From assembly GCA_043228905.1 (NCBI GenBank), contig JBHGNT010000023.1, forward strand, positions 496,001 through 560,000: DNA of 64,000 bases. Direction: 5' to 3'. Under the pieces are notes generated by a model. That model saw nothing but the letters and a program-made list of their open reading frames with translations. It did not search any database and was not told the DNA's origin. Every line of letters starts with the position of its first letter. The first letter of the stretch is position 1. The translations under genes and the position numbers were made by a program. This stretch comes from Azolla caroliniana (taxonomy: Eukaryota; Plantae; Polypodiophyta). This document shows, piece by piece, positions 26,701 through 41,200 of the stretch.

Positions 26701-28090
26701 GGGGAGGGAGTTGAGAAGAGCGCGTGAGTAAATTAAAATGTTCATAGTTGGCTCGTGTGATATCGGAATTTTGTGTTCAGAGATGCGAATCGAAGCTAAC
26801 AACACTAGCTATGATATGGAATTAAAAAATCAAGATTTTGAAACTCAGGTCGAGAGACATGAAGAAATTAGTAAATTAGAGGAGGGTGTTGACAAGAGCG
26901 CATGAGTAAATTAAAATGTTCATACCTGGCTCTTGTGATATCGGATTTTAGTGTTCAAAGATGCCAATCGAAGCTAACAACACTAGCTATGATATGGAAT
27001 TAAAAAATCAAGATTTTGAAACTTGGGTCGAGAGACATGAAGAAATTAGTAAATTAGAGGAGGGTGTTGACGAGAGCGCGTGAGTAAATTAAAATGTTCA
27101 TAGCTGGCTCGTGTGATATCAGATTTTAGTGTTCAAACATGCGAATCGAAGCTAACAACACCAACTATGATATGTAATTAAAAAATCAAGATTTTGAGAC
27201 TAAGGTCGAGAGACATGAAGAAATTAGTAAATTAGGGGAGGGAGTTGATAAGAGCGCGTGAGTAAATTAAAATGTTCATACCTGGCTCGTGTGATCCCGG
27301 ATTTTTGTGTTCAAAGATGCCAATCGAAGCTAACAATACTAGTTATGATATGGAATTAAAAAATCAAGATTTTGAAACTCAGGTCGAGAGACATGAAGAA
27401 ATTAGTAAATTAGGGGAGGGAGTTGAGAAGAGCGCGTGAGTAAATTAAAATGTTCATAGCTGGCTCGTGTGATATCGGATTTCTGTGTTGAAACATGCGA
27501 ATCGAAGCTAACAACACTTGCTATGATATGGAATTAAAAAATTAAGATTTTGAAACTCAGGTCGAGAGACATGAAGAAATTAGTAAATTAGGGGAGGGAG
27601 TTGAGAAGAGCGCGTGAGTAAATTAAAATGTTCATAGCTGGCTCGTGTGATATCGGATTTTTGTGTTTAAACATGCGAATCGAAGCTAACAACACTTGCT
27701 ATGATATGGATTTAAAAAATCGAGATTTTGAAACTCAGGTCGAGAGACATGAAGAAATTAGTAAATTAGGGGAGGGAGTTGAGAAGAGCGCGTGAGTAAA
27801 TTAAAATGTTCATAGCTGGCTCGTGTGATATCGGATTTTTGTGTTCAAACATGCGAATCGAAGCTAACAACACTTGCTATGATATGGAATTAAAAAATCA
27901 AGATTTTGAAACTCAGGTCGAGAGACATGAAGAAATTAGTAAAGTAGGGGAGGGAGTTGAGAAGAGCGCGTGAGTAAATTAAAATGTTCATAGTTGGCTC
28001 GTGTGATATCGGATTTTTGTGTTCAGAGATGCGAATCGAAGCTAACAACACTAGCTATGATATGGAATTAAAAAATCAAGATTTTGAAAC
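23770..28090 (+). repeat. Tandem duplication of a 12-monomer block (2135 bp)
   Basis: GAGGAAGTTGAT marker at 23863 and 25998. The same ordered variants follow in both copies (GATTTTAAAAC, GATCCCAG, GATATCAG, ACCAACTATGATATGTAA). Boundaries approximate. Confidence 0.8.
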
Positions 28091-31000
28091 TCACGTCGAG
28101 AGACATGAAGAAATTAGTAAATTAGAGGAGGGTGTTGACAAGAGCGCATGAGTAAATTAAAATGTTCATAGCTGGCTCGTGTGATATCGGATTTTTGTGT
28201 TCAGAGATGCGAATCGAAGCTAACAACACTAGCTATGATATGGATTTAAAAAATCAAGATTTTCAAACTTGGGTCGAGAGACATGAAGAAATTAGTAAAT
28301 TAGAGGAGGGTGTTGACGAGAGCGCGTGAGTAAATTAAAATGTTCATAGCTGGCTCGTGTGATATCGGATTTTAGTGTTCAAACATGCGAATCGAAGCTA
28401 ACAACACCAACTATGATATCGAATTAAAAAATCAAGATTTTGAGACTAAGGTCGAGAGACATGAAGAAATTAGTAAATTAGGGGAGGGAGTTGATAAGAG
28501 CGCGTGAGTAAATTAAAATGTTCATACCTGGCTCGTGTGATCCCGGATTTTTGTGTTCAAAGATGCCAATCGAAGCTAACAATACTAGTTATGATATGGA
28601 ATTAAAAAATCAAGATTTTGAAACTCAAGTCGAGAGACATGAAGAAATTAGTAAATTAGGGGAGGGAGTTGAGAAGAGCGCGTGAGTAAATTAAAATGTT
28701 CATAGCTGGCTCGTGTGATATCGGATTTTTGTGTTCAAACATGCGAATCGAAGCTAACAACACTTGCTATGATATGGAATTAAAAAATCAAGATTTTGAA
28801 ACTCAGGTCGAGAGACATGAAGAAATTAGTAAAGTAGGGGAGGGAGTTGAGAAGAGCGCGTGAGTAAATTAAAATGTTCATAGCTGGCTCGTGTGATATC
28901 GGATTTTTGTGTTCAAACATGTGAATCGAAGCTAACAACACTTGCTATGATATGGAATTAAAAAATCAAGATTTTGAGACTCAGGTCGAGAGACATGAAG
29001 AAATTAGTAAAGTAGGGGAGGGAGTTGAGAAGAGCGCGTGAGTAAATTAAAATGTTCATAGTTGGCTCGTGTGATATCGGATTTTTGTGTTCAGAGATGC
29101 GAATCGAAGCTAACAACACTAGCTATGATATGGAATTAAAAACTCAAGATTTTGAAACTCAGGTCGAGAGACATGAAGAAATTAGTAAATTAGAGGAGGG
29201 TGTTGACAAGAGCGCATGAGTAAATTAAAATGTTCATACCTGGCTCTTGTGATATCGGATTTTAGTGTTCAAAGATGCCAATCGAAGCTAACAACACTAG
29301 CTATGATATGGAATTAAAAAATCAAGATTTTCAAACCTGGGTCGAGAGACATGAAGAAATTAGTAAATTAGAGGAGGGTGTTGACGAGAGCGCGTGAGTA
29401 AATTAAAATGTTCATAGCTGGCTCGTGTGATATCGGATTTTTGTGTTCAAACATGCGAATCGAAGCTAACAACACCAACTATGATATGGAATTAAAAAAT
29501 CAAGATTTTGAGACTAAGGTCGAGAGACATGAAGAAATTAGTAAATTAGGGGAGGGAGTTGATAAGAGCGCGTGAGTAAATTAAAATGTTCATACCTGGC
29601 TCGTGTGATCCCGGATTTTTGTGTTCAAAGATACCAATCGAAGCTAACAATACTAGTTATGATATGGAATTAAAAAATCAAGATTTTGAAACTGAGGTCG
29701 AGAGACATGAAGAAATTAGTAAATTAGGGGAGGGAGTTGAGAAGAGCGCGTGAGTAAATTAAAATGTTCATAGCTGGCTCGTGTGATATCGAATTTTTGT
29801 GTTCAAACATGCGAATCGAAGCTAACAACACTTGCTATGATATGGATTTAAAAAATCAAGATTTTGAAACTCAGGTCGAGAGACATGAAGAAATTAGTAA
29901 ATTAGGGGAGGGAGTTGAGAAGAGCGCGTGAGTAAATTAAAATGTTCATAGCTGGCTCGTGTGATATCGGATTTTTGTGTTCAAACATGCGAATCGAAGC
30001 TAACAACACTTGCTATGATATGGAATTAAAAAATCAAGATTTTGAAACTCAGGTCGAGAGACATGAAGAAATTAGTAAATTAGGGGAGGCAGTTGTGATA
30101 TCGGATTTTAGTGTTCAAAGATGCCAATCGAACCTAACAACACTAGCTATGATATGGAATTAAAAAATCAAGATTTTGAGACTAAGGTCGAGAGACATGA
30201 AGAAATTAGTAAATTAGGGGAGGGAGTTGATAAGAGCGCGTGAGTAAATTAAAATGTTCATACCTGGCTCGTGTGATATCGGATTTTTGTGTTCAGAGAT
30301 GCGAATCGAAGCTAACAACACTTGGTATGATATGGAATTAAAAAATCAAGATTTTGAGACTAAGGTCGAGAGACATCAAGAAATTAGTAAATTAGGGGAG
30401 GGAGTTGATAAGAGCGCGTGAGTAAATTAAAATGTTCATACCTGGCTCGTGTGATCCCGGATTTTTGTGTTCAAAGATGCCAATCGAAGCTAACAATACT
30501 AGTTACGATATGGAATTAAAAAATCAAGATTTTGAAACTCAGGTCGAGAGACATGAAGAAATTAGTAAATTAGGGGAGGGAGTTGAGAAGAGCGCATGAG
30601 TAAATTAAAATGTTCATACCTGGCTCTTGTGATATCGGATTTTAGTGTTCAAAGATGCCAATCGAAGCTAACAACACTAGCTATGATATGGAATTAAAAA
30701 ATCAAGATTTTGAGACTAAGGTCGAGAGACATGAAGAAATTAGTAAATTAGGGGAGGGAGTTGATAAGAGCGCGTGAGTAAATTAAAATGTTCATACCTG
30801 GCTCGTGTGATCCCGGATTTTTGTGTTCAAAGATGCCAATCGAAGCTAACAATACTAGTTATGATATGGAATTAAAAAATCAAGATTTTGAAAACTCAGG
30901 TAGAGAGACATGAAGAAATTAGTAAATTAGGGGAGGGAGTTGATAAGAGCGCGTGAGTAAATTAAAATGTTCATACCTGGCTCGTGTGATATCGGATTTT

Positions 31001-34000
31001 AGTGTTCAAAGATGCCAATCGAAGCTAACAACACTAGCTATGATATGGAATTAAAAAATCAAAATTTCGAAACTTGGGTCGAGAGACATTAAGAAATTAG
31101 TAAATTAGGGGAGGGAGTTGAGAAGAGCGCGTGAGTAAATTAAAATGTTCATAGCTGGCTCGTGTGATATCGGATTTTTGTGTTCAAACATGCGAATCGA
31201 AGCTAACAACACTTGCTATGATATGGAATTAAAAAATCAAGATTTTGAAACTCAGGTCGAGAGACATGAAGAAATTAGTAAAGTAGGGGAGGGAGTTGAG
31301 AAGAGCGCGTGAGTAAATTAAAATGTTCATAGCTGGCTCGTGTGATATCGGATTTTTGTGTTCAGAGATGCGAATCGAAGCTAACAACACTAGCTATGAT
31401 ATGGAATTAAAAAATCAAGATTTTCAAACTTGGGTCGAGAGACATGAAGAAATTAGTAAATTAGAGGAGGGTGTTGACGAGAGCGCGTGAGTAAATTAAA
31501 ATGTTCATAGCTGGCTCGTGTGATATCGGATTTTAGTGTTCAAACATGCGAATCGAAGCTAACAACACCAACTATGATATGGAATTAAAAAATCAAAATT
31601 TTGAGACTAAGGTCGCGAGACATGAAGAAATTAGTAAATTAGGGGAGGGAGTTGATAAGAGCGCGTGAGTAAATTAAAATGTTCATACCTGGCTCGTGTG
31701 ATCCCGGACTTTTGTGTTCAAAGATGCCAATCGAAGCTAACAATACTAGTTATGATATGGAATTAAAAAATCAAGATTTTGAAACTCAAGTCGAGAGACA
31801 TGAAGAAATTAGTAAATTAGGGGAGGGAGTTGAGAAGAGCGCGTGAGTAAATTAAAATGTTCATAGTTGGCTCGTGTGATATCGGATTTTTGTGTTCAAA
31901 GATGCGAATCGAAGCTAACAACACTAGCTATGATATGGAATTAAAAAATCAAGATTTTGAAACTCAGGTCGAGAGACATGAAGAAATTAGTAAATTAGAG
32001 GAGGGTGTTGACAAGAGCGCATGAGTAAATTAAAATGTTCATACCTGGCTCTTGTGATATCGGATTTTAGTGTTCAAAGATGCCAATCGAAGCTAACAAC
32101 ACTAGCTATGATATGGAATTAAAAAATCAAGATTTTGAAACTTGGGTCGAGAGACATGAAGAAATTAGTAAATTAGAGGAGGGTGTTGACGAGAGCGCGT
32201 GAGTAAATTAAAATGTTCATAGCTGGCTCGTGTGATATCGGATTTTTGTGTTCAAACATGCGAATCGAAGCTAACAACACCAACTATGATATGGAATTAA
32301 AAAATCAAGATTTTGAGACTAAGGTCGAGAGACATGAAGAAATTAGTAAATTAGGGGAGGGAGTTGATAAGAGCGCGTGAGTAAATTAAAATGTTCATAC
32401 CTGGCTCGTGTGATCCCGGATTTTTGTGTTCAAAGATACCAATCGAAGCTAACAATACTAGTTATGATATGGAATTAAAAAATCAAGATTTTGAAACTCA
32501 GGTCGAGAGACATGAAGAAATTAGTAAATTAGGGGAGGGAGTTGAGAAGAGCGCGTGAGTAAATTAAAATGTTCATAGCTGGCTCGTGTGATATCGGATT
32601 TTTGTGTTGAAACATGCGAATCGAAGCTAACAACACTTGCTATGATATGGAATTAAAAAATCAAGATTTTGAAACTCAGGTCGAGAGACATGAAGAAATT
32701 AGTAAAGTAGGGGAGGCAGTTGAGAAGAGCGCATGAGTAAATTAAAATGTTCATACCTGGCTCTTGTGATATCGGATTTTAGTGGTCAAAGATGCCAATC
32801 GAATCTAACAACACTAGCTATGATATGGAATTAAAAAATCAAGATTTTGAAACTCAGGTCGAGAGACATGAAGAAATTAGTAAATTAGGGGAGGGAGTTG
32901 AGAAGAGCGCGTGAGTAAATTAAAATGTTCATAGCTGGCTTGTGTGATATCGGATTTTTGTGTTCAAACATGCGAATCGAAGCTAACAACACTTGCTATG
33001 ATATGGAATTAAAAAATCAAGATTTTGAAACTCAGGTCGAGAGACATGAAGAAATTAGTAAAGTAGGGGAGGGAGTTGAGAAGAGCGCGTGAGTAAATTA
33101 AAATGTTCATAGTTGGCTCGTGTGATATCGGATTTTTGTGTTCAGAGATGCGAATCGAAGCTAACAACACTAGCTATGATATGGAATTAAAAAATCAAGA
33201 TTTTGAAACTCACGTCGAGAGACATGAAGAAATTAGTAAATTAGAGGAGGGTGTTGACAAGAGCGCATGAGTAAATTAAAATGTTCATACCTGGCTCTTG
33301 TGATATCGGATTTTAGTGTTCAAAGATGCCAATCGAAGCTAACAACACTAGCTATGATATGGAATTAAGAAATCAAGATTTTGAAACTTGGGTCGAGAGA
33401 CATGAAGAAATTAGTAAATTAGAGGAGGGTGTTGACGAGAGCGCGTGAGTAAATTAAAATGTTCATAGCTGGCTCGTGTGATATCGGATTTTAGTGTTCA
33501 AACATGCGAATCGAAGCTAACAACACCAACTATGATATGTAATTAAAAAATCAAGATTTTGAGACTAAGGTCGAGAGACATGAAGAAATTAGTAAATTAG
33601 GGGAGGGAGTTGATAAGAGCGCGTGAGTAAATTAAAATGTTCATACCTGGCTCGTGTGATCCCGGATTTTTGTGTTCAAAGATGCCAATCGAAGCTAACA
33701 ATACTAGTTATGATATGGAATTAAAAAATCAAGATTTTGAAACTCAGGTCGAGAGACATGAAGAAATTAGTAAATTAGAGGAGGGTGTTGACGAGAGCGC
33801 GTGAGGAAATTAAAATGTTCATAGCTGGCTCGTGTGATATCGGATTTTTGTGTTCAGAGATGCCAATCGAAGCTAACAACACTAGCTATGATATGGAATT
33901 AAAAAATCAAGATTTTGAAACTCAGGTCGAGAGACATGAAGAAATTAGTAAATTAGAGGAGGGTGTTGACAAGAGCGCATGAGTAAATTAAAATGTTCAT

Positions 34001-35252
34001 ACCTGGCTCTTGTGATATCGGATTTTAGTGTTCAAAGATGCCAATCGAAGCTAACAACACTAGCTATAATATGGAATTAAAAAATCAAAATTTCGAAACT
34101 TGGGTCGAGAGACATGAAGAAATTAGTAAATTAGGGGAGGGAGTTGAGAAGAGCGCGTGAGTAAATTAAAATGTTCATAGCTGGCTCGTGTGGTATCGGA
34201 TTTTTGTGTTCAAACATGCGAATCGAAGCTAACAACACTTTCTATGATATGGAATTAAAAAATCGAGATTTCGAAACTTGGGTCGAGAGACATGAAGAAA
34301 TTAGTAAATTAGGGGAGGAAGTTGATAAGATAGCGTGAGTAAATTAAAATGTTCATACCTGGCTCGTGTGATACCGGATTTTTGTGTTCAAAGATGCGAA
34401 TCGAAGCTAACAACACTAGCTATGATATGGAATTAAAAAATCAAGATTTTGAAACTCAGGTCGAGAGACATGAAGATATTAGGAAATTAGAGGAGGGAGT
34501 TGAGAAGAGCGCGTGAGTAAATTAAAATGTTCATAGCTGGCTCGCGTGATCCCAGATTTTTATGTTCAAAGATGCGAATCGAAGCTAACAACACTACGTA
34601 TGATATGGAATGAAAAAATCAATATTTTGAAACTTAGGTCGAGAGACATGAAGAAATTAGTAAATTAGAGGAGGGTATTGCAAGAGCGCGTGAGTAAATT
34701 AAAATGTTCATAGCTGGCTCGTGTGATATCGGATTTTTGTGTTCAGAGATGCGAATCGAAGCTAACAACACTAGCTATGATATGGAATTAAAAAATCAAG
34801 ATTTTGAAACTCAGGTCGAGAGACATGAAGAAATTAGTAAATTAGAGGAGGGTGTTGACAAGAGCGCATGAGTAAATTAAAATGTTCATACCTGGCTCTT
34901 GTGATATCGGATTTTAGTGTTCAAAGATGCCAATCGAAGCTAACAACACTAGCTATGATATGGAATTAAAAAATCAAGATTTTGAGACTAAGGTCGAGAG
35001 ACATGAAGAAATTAGTAAATTAGGGGAGGGAGTTGATAAGAGCGCGTGAGTAAATTAAAATGTTCATACCTGGCTCGTGTGATCCCGGATTTTTGTGTTC
35101 AACGATGCCAATCGAAGCTAACAATACTAGTTATGATATGGAATTAAAAAATCAAGATTTTGAAACTCAGGTCGAGAGACATGAAGAAATTAGTAAATTA
35201 GGGGAGGGAGTTGAGAAGAGCGCGTGAGTAAATTAAAATGTTCATAGCTGGA

Positions 35253-38200
35253 TCGTGTGATATCGGATTTTTGTGTTCAGAGATGCGAATCGAAGCTAAC
35301 AACACTAGCTATGATATGGAATTAAAAAATCAAGATTTTGAAACTCAGGTCGAGAGACATGAAGAAATTAGTAAAGTAGGGGAGGGGGTTGAGAAGAGCG
35401 CATGAGTAAATTAAAATGTTCATACCTGGCTCTTGTGATATCGGATTTTAGTGTTCAAAAAAGCTCAAAGAAGCTAACAACACTAGCTATGATATGGAAT
35501 TAAAAAATCAAAATTTCGAAACTTGGGTCGAGAGACATGAAGAAATTAGTAAATTAGGGGAGGGAGTTGAGAAGAGCGCGTGAGTAAATTAAAATGTTCA
35601 TAGCTGGCTCGTGTGATATCGGATTTTTGTGTTCAAACATGCGAATCGAAGCTAACAACACTTTCTATGATATGGAATTAAAAAATCGAGATTTCGAAAC
35701 TTGGGTCGAGAGACATGAAGAAATTAGTAAATTAGGGGAGGAAGTTGATAAGAGAGCGTGAGTAAATTAAAATGTTCATACCTGGCTCGTGTGATACCGG
35801 ATTTTTGTGTTCAAAGATGCGAATCGAAGCTAACAACACTAGCTATGATATGGAATTAAAAAATCAAGATTTTGAGACTAAGGTCGAGAGACATGAAGAA
35901 ATTAGTAAATTAGGGGAGGGAGTTGAGAAGAGCGCGTGAGTAAATTAAAATGTTCATAGCTGGCTCGTGTGATATCGGATTTTTGTGTTCAAACATGCGA
36001 ATCGAAGCTAACAACACTTGCTATGATATGGATTTAAAAAATCAAGATTTTGAAACTCAGGTCGAGAGACATGAAGAAATTAGTAAATTAGGGGAGGGAG
36101 TTGATAAGAGCGCGTGAGTAAATTAAAATGTTCATACCTGGCTCGTGTGATCCCGGATTTTTGTGTTCAAAGATGCCAATCGAAGCTAACAATACTAGTT
36201 ATGATATGGAATTAAAAAATCAAGATTTTGAAACTCAGGTCGAGAGACATGAAGAAATTAGTAAATTAGGGGAGGGAGTTGAGAAGAGCGCGTGAGTAAA
36301 TTAAAATGTTCATAGGTGGATCGTGTGATATCGGATTTTTGTGTTCAGAGATGCCAATCGAAGCTAACAACACTAGCTATGATATGGAATTAAAAAATCA
36401 AGATTTTGAAACTCAGGTCGAGAGACATGAAGAAATTAGTAAAGTAGGGAGGGAGTTGAGAAGAGCGCATGAGTAAATTAAAATGTTCATAGCTGGCTCG
36501 TGTGATATCGGATTTTTGTGTTCAAACATGCGAATCGAAGCTAACAACACTTGCTATGATATGGATTTAAAAAATCAAGATTTTGAAACTCAGGTCGAGA
36601 GACATGAAGAAATTAGTAAATTAGGGGAGGGAGTTGAGAAGAGCGCGTGAGTAAATTAAAATGTTCATAGCTGGCTCGTGTGATATCGGATTTTTGTGTT
36701 CAAACATGCGAATCGAAGCTAACAACACTTGCTATGATATGGAATTAAAAAATCAAGATTTTGAAACTCAGGTCGAGAGACATGAAGAAATTAGTAAAGT
36801 AGGGGAGGGAGTTGAGAAGAGCGCGTGAGTAAATTAAAATGTTCATAGTTGGCTCGTGTGATATCGGATTTTTGTGTTCAGAGATGCGAATCGAAGCTAA
36901 CAACACTAGCTATGATATGGAATTAAAAAATCAAGATTTTGAAACTCACGTCGAGAGACATGAAGAAATTAGTAAATTAGAGGAGGGTGTTGACAAGAGC
37001 GCATGAGTAAATTAAAATGTTCATACCTGGCTCTTGTGATATCGGATTTTAGTGTTCAAAGATGCCAATCGAAGCTAACAACACTAGCTATGATATGGAA
37101 TTAAAAAATCAAGATTTTGAAACTTGGGTCGAGAGACATGAAGAAATTAGTAAATTAGAGGAGGGTGTTGACGATAGCGCGTGAGTAAATTAAAATGTTC
37201 ATAGCTGGCTAGTGTGATATCGGATTTTAGTGTTCAAACATGCGAATCGAAGCTAACAACACTAGCTATGATATGGAATTAAAAAATTAAGATTTTGAAA
37301 CTCAGGTCGAGAGACATGAAGAAATTAGTAAATTAGGGGAGGGAGTTGAGAAAAGCGCGTGAGTAAATTAAAATGTTCATAGCTGGCTCGTGTGATATCG
37401 GATTTTTGTGTTCAAACATGCGAATCAAAGCTAACAACACTAGCTATGATAAGGAATGAAAAAATCAAGATTTTGAAACTCAGGTCGAGAGACATGAAGA
37501 AATTAGTAAATTAGAGGAGGGTGTTGACGAGAGCGCGTGAGGAAATTAAAATGTTCATAGCTGGCTCGTGTGATATCGGATTTTTGTGTTCAGAGATGCG
37601 AATCGAAGCTAACAACACTAGCTATGATATGGAATTAAAAAATCAAGATTTTGAAACTCAGGTCGAGAGACATGAAGAAATTAGTAAATTAGAGGAGGGT
37701 GTTGACGAGAGCGCGTGAGGAAATTAAAATGTTCATAGCTGGCTCGTGTGATATCGGATTTTTGTGTTCAGAGATGCGAATCGAAGCTAACAACACTAGC
37801 TATGATATGGAATTAAAAAATCAAGATTTTGAAACTCAGGTCGAGAGACATGAAGAAATTAGTAAATTAGAGGAGGGTGTTGACAAGAGCGCATGAGTAA
37901 ATTAAAATGTTCATACCTGGCTCTTGTGATATCGGATTTTAGTGTTCAAAGATGCCAATCGAAGCTAACAACACTAGCTATGATATGGAATTAAAAAATC
38001 AAAATTTCGAAACTTGGGTCGAGAGACATGAAGAAATTAGTAAATTAGGGGAGGGAGTTGAGAAGAGCGCGTGAGTAAATTAAAATGTTCATAGCTGGCT
38101 CGTGTGGTATCGGATTTTTGTGTTCAAACATGCGAATCGAAGCTAACAACACTTTCTATGATATGGAATTAAAAATCGAGATTTCGAAACTTGGGTCGAG

Positions 38201-41200
38201 AGACATGAAGAAATTAGTAAATTAGGGGAGGAAGTTGATAAGATAGCGTGAGTAAATTAAAATGTTCATACCTGGCTCGTGTGATACCGGATTTTTGTGT
38301 TCAAAGATGCGAATCGAAGCTAACAACACTAGCTATGATATGGAATTAAAAAATGAAGATTTTGAAACTCAGGTCGAGAGACATGAAGATATTAGGAAAT
38401 TAGAGGAGGGAGTTGAGAAGAGCGCGTGAGTAAATTAAAATGTTCATAGCTGGCTCGCGTGATCCCAGATTTTTATGTTCAAAGATGCGAATCGAAGCTA
38501 ACAACACTACGTATGATATGGAATGAAAAAATCAATATTTTGAAACTTAGGTCGAGAGACATGAAGAAATTAGTAAATTAGAGGAGGGTATTGCAAGAGC
38601 GCGTGAGTAAATTAAAATGTTCATAGCTGGCTCGTGTGATATCGGATTTTTGTGTTCAGAGATGCGAATCGAAGCTAACAACACTAGCTATGATATGGAA
38701 TTAAAAAATCAAGATTTTGAAACTCAGGTCGAGAGACATGAAGAAATTAGTAAATTAGAGGAGGGTGTTGACAAGAGCGCATGAGTAAATTAAAATGTTC
38801 ATACCTGGCTCTTGTGATATCGGATTTTAGTGTTCAAAGATGCCAATCGAAGCTAACAACACTAGCTATGATATGGAATTAAAAAATCAAGATTTTGAGA
38901 CTAAGGTCGAGAGACATGAAGAAATTAGTAAATTAGGGGAGGGAGTTGATAAGAGCGCGTGAGTAAATTAAAATGTTCATACCTGGCTCGTGTGATCCCG
39001 GATTTTTGTGTTCAACGATGCCAATCGAAGCTAACAATACTAGTTATGATATGGAATTAAAAAATCAAGATTTTGAAACTCAGGTCGAGAGACATGAAGA
39101 AATTAGTAAATTAGGGGAGGGAGTTGAGAAGAGCGCGTGAGTAAATTAAAATGTTCATAGCTGGATCGTGTGATATCGGATTTTTGTGTTCAGAGATGCG
39201 AATCGAAGCTAACAACACTAGCTATGATATGGAATTAAAAAATCAAGATTTTGAAACTCAGGTCGAGAGACATGAAGAAATTAGTAAAGTAGGGGAGGGA
39301 GTTGAGAAGAGCGCATGAGTAAATTAAAATGTTCATACCTGGCTCTTGTGATATCGGATTTTAGTGTTCAAAAAAGCTCAAAGAAGCTAACAACACTAGC
39401 TATGATATGGAATTAAAAAATCAAAATTTCGAAACTTGGGTCGAGAGACATGAAGAAATTAGTAAATTAGGGGAGGGAGTTGAGAAGAGCGCGTGAGTAA
39501 ATTAAAATGTTCATAGCTGGCTCGTGTGATATCGGATTTTTGTGTTCAAACATGCGAATCGAAGCTAACAACACTTTCTATGATATGGAATTAAAAAATC
39601 GAGATTTCGAAACTTGGGTCGAGAGACATGAAGAAATTAGTAAATTAGGGGAGGAAGTTGATAAGAGAGCGTGAGTAAATTAAAATGTTCATACCTGGCT
39701 CGTGTGATACCGGATTTTTGTGTTCAAAGATGCGAATCGAAGCTAACAACACTAGCTATGATATGGAATTAAAAAATCAAGATTTTGAGACTAACGTCGA
39801 GAGACATGAAGAAATTAGTAAATTAGGGGAGGGAGTTGAGAAGAGCGCGTGAGTAAATTAAAATGTTCATAGCTGGCTCGTGTGATATCGGATTTTTGTG
39901 TTCAAACATGCGAATCGAAGCTAACAACACTTGCTATGATATGGATTTAAAAAATCAAGATTTTGAAACTCAGGTCGAGAGACATGAAGAAATTAGTAAA
40001 TTAGGGGAGGGAGTTGATAAGAGCGCGTGAGTAAATTAAAATGTTCATACCTGGCTCGTGTGATCCCGGATTTTTGTGTTCAAAGATGCCAATCGAAGCT
40101 AACAATACTAGTTATGATATGGAATTAAAAAATCAAGATTTTGAAACTCAGGTCGAGAGACATGAAGAAATTAGTAAATTAGGGGAGGGAGTTGAGAAGA
40201 GCGCGTGAGTAAATTAAAATGTTCATAGCTGGATCGTGTGATATCGGATTTTTGTGTTCAGAGATGCCAATCGAAGCTAACAACACTAGCTATGATATGG
40301 AATTAAAAAATCAAGATTTTGAAACTCAGGTCGAGAGACATGAAGAAATTAGTAAAGTAGGGAGGGAGTTGAGAAGAGCGCATGAGTAAATTAAAATGTT
40401 CATACCTGGCTCTTGTGATATCGGATTTTAGTGTTCAAAAAAGCTCAAAGAAGCTAACAACACTAGCTATGATATGGAATTAAAAAATCAAAATTTCGAA
40501 ACTTGGGTCGAGAGACATGAAGAAATTAGTAAATTAGGGGAGGGAGTTGAGAAGAGCGCGTGAGTAAATTAAAATGTTCATAGCTGGCTCGTGTGATATC
40601 GGATTTTTGTGTTCAAACATGCGAATCGAAGCTAACAACACTTTCTATGATATGGAATTAAAAAATCGAGATTTCGACACTTGGGTCGAGAGACATGAAG
40701 AAATTAGTAAATTAGGGGAGGAAGTTGATAAGAGAGCGTGAGTAAATTAAAATGTTCATACCTGGCTCGTGTGATACCGGATTTTTGTGTTCAAAGATGC
40801 GAATCGAAGCTAACAACACTAGCTATGATATGGAATTAAAAAATCAAGATTTTGAGACTAAGGTCGAGAGACATGAAGAAATTAGTAAATTAGGGGAGGG
40901 AGTTGAGAAGAGCGCGTGAGTAAATTAAAATGTTCATAGCTGGCTCGTGTGATATCGGATTTTTGTGTTCAAACATGCGAATCGAAGCTAACAACACTTG
41001 CTATGATATGGATTTAAAAAATCAAGATTTTGAAACTCAGGTCGAGAGACATGAAGAAATTAGTAAATTAGGGGAGGGAGTTGATAAGAGCGCGTGAGTA
41101 AATTAAAATGTTCATACCTGGCTCGTGTGATCCCGGATTTTTGTGTTCAAAGATGCCAATCGAAGCTAACAATACTAGTTATGATATGGAAATAAAAAAT

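Noticed and set aside
11621-30902. Singleton 1-bp indels (near 11625, 18550, 26324, 30891)
   Set aside because: Mostly at homopolymers or short repeats, so they cannot be told apart from sequencing error.
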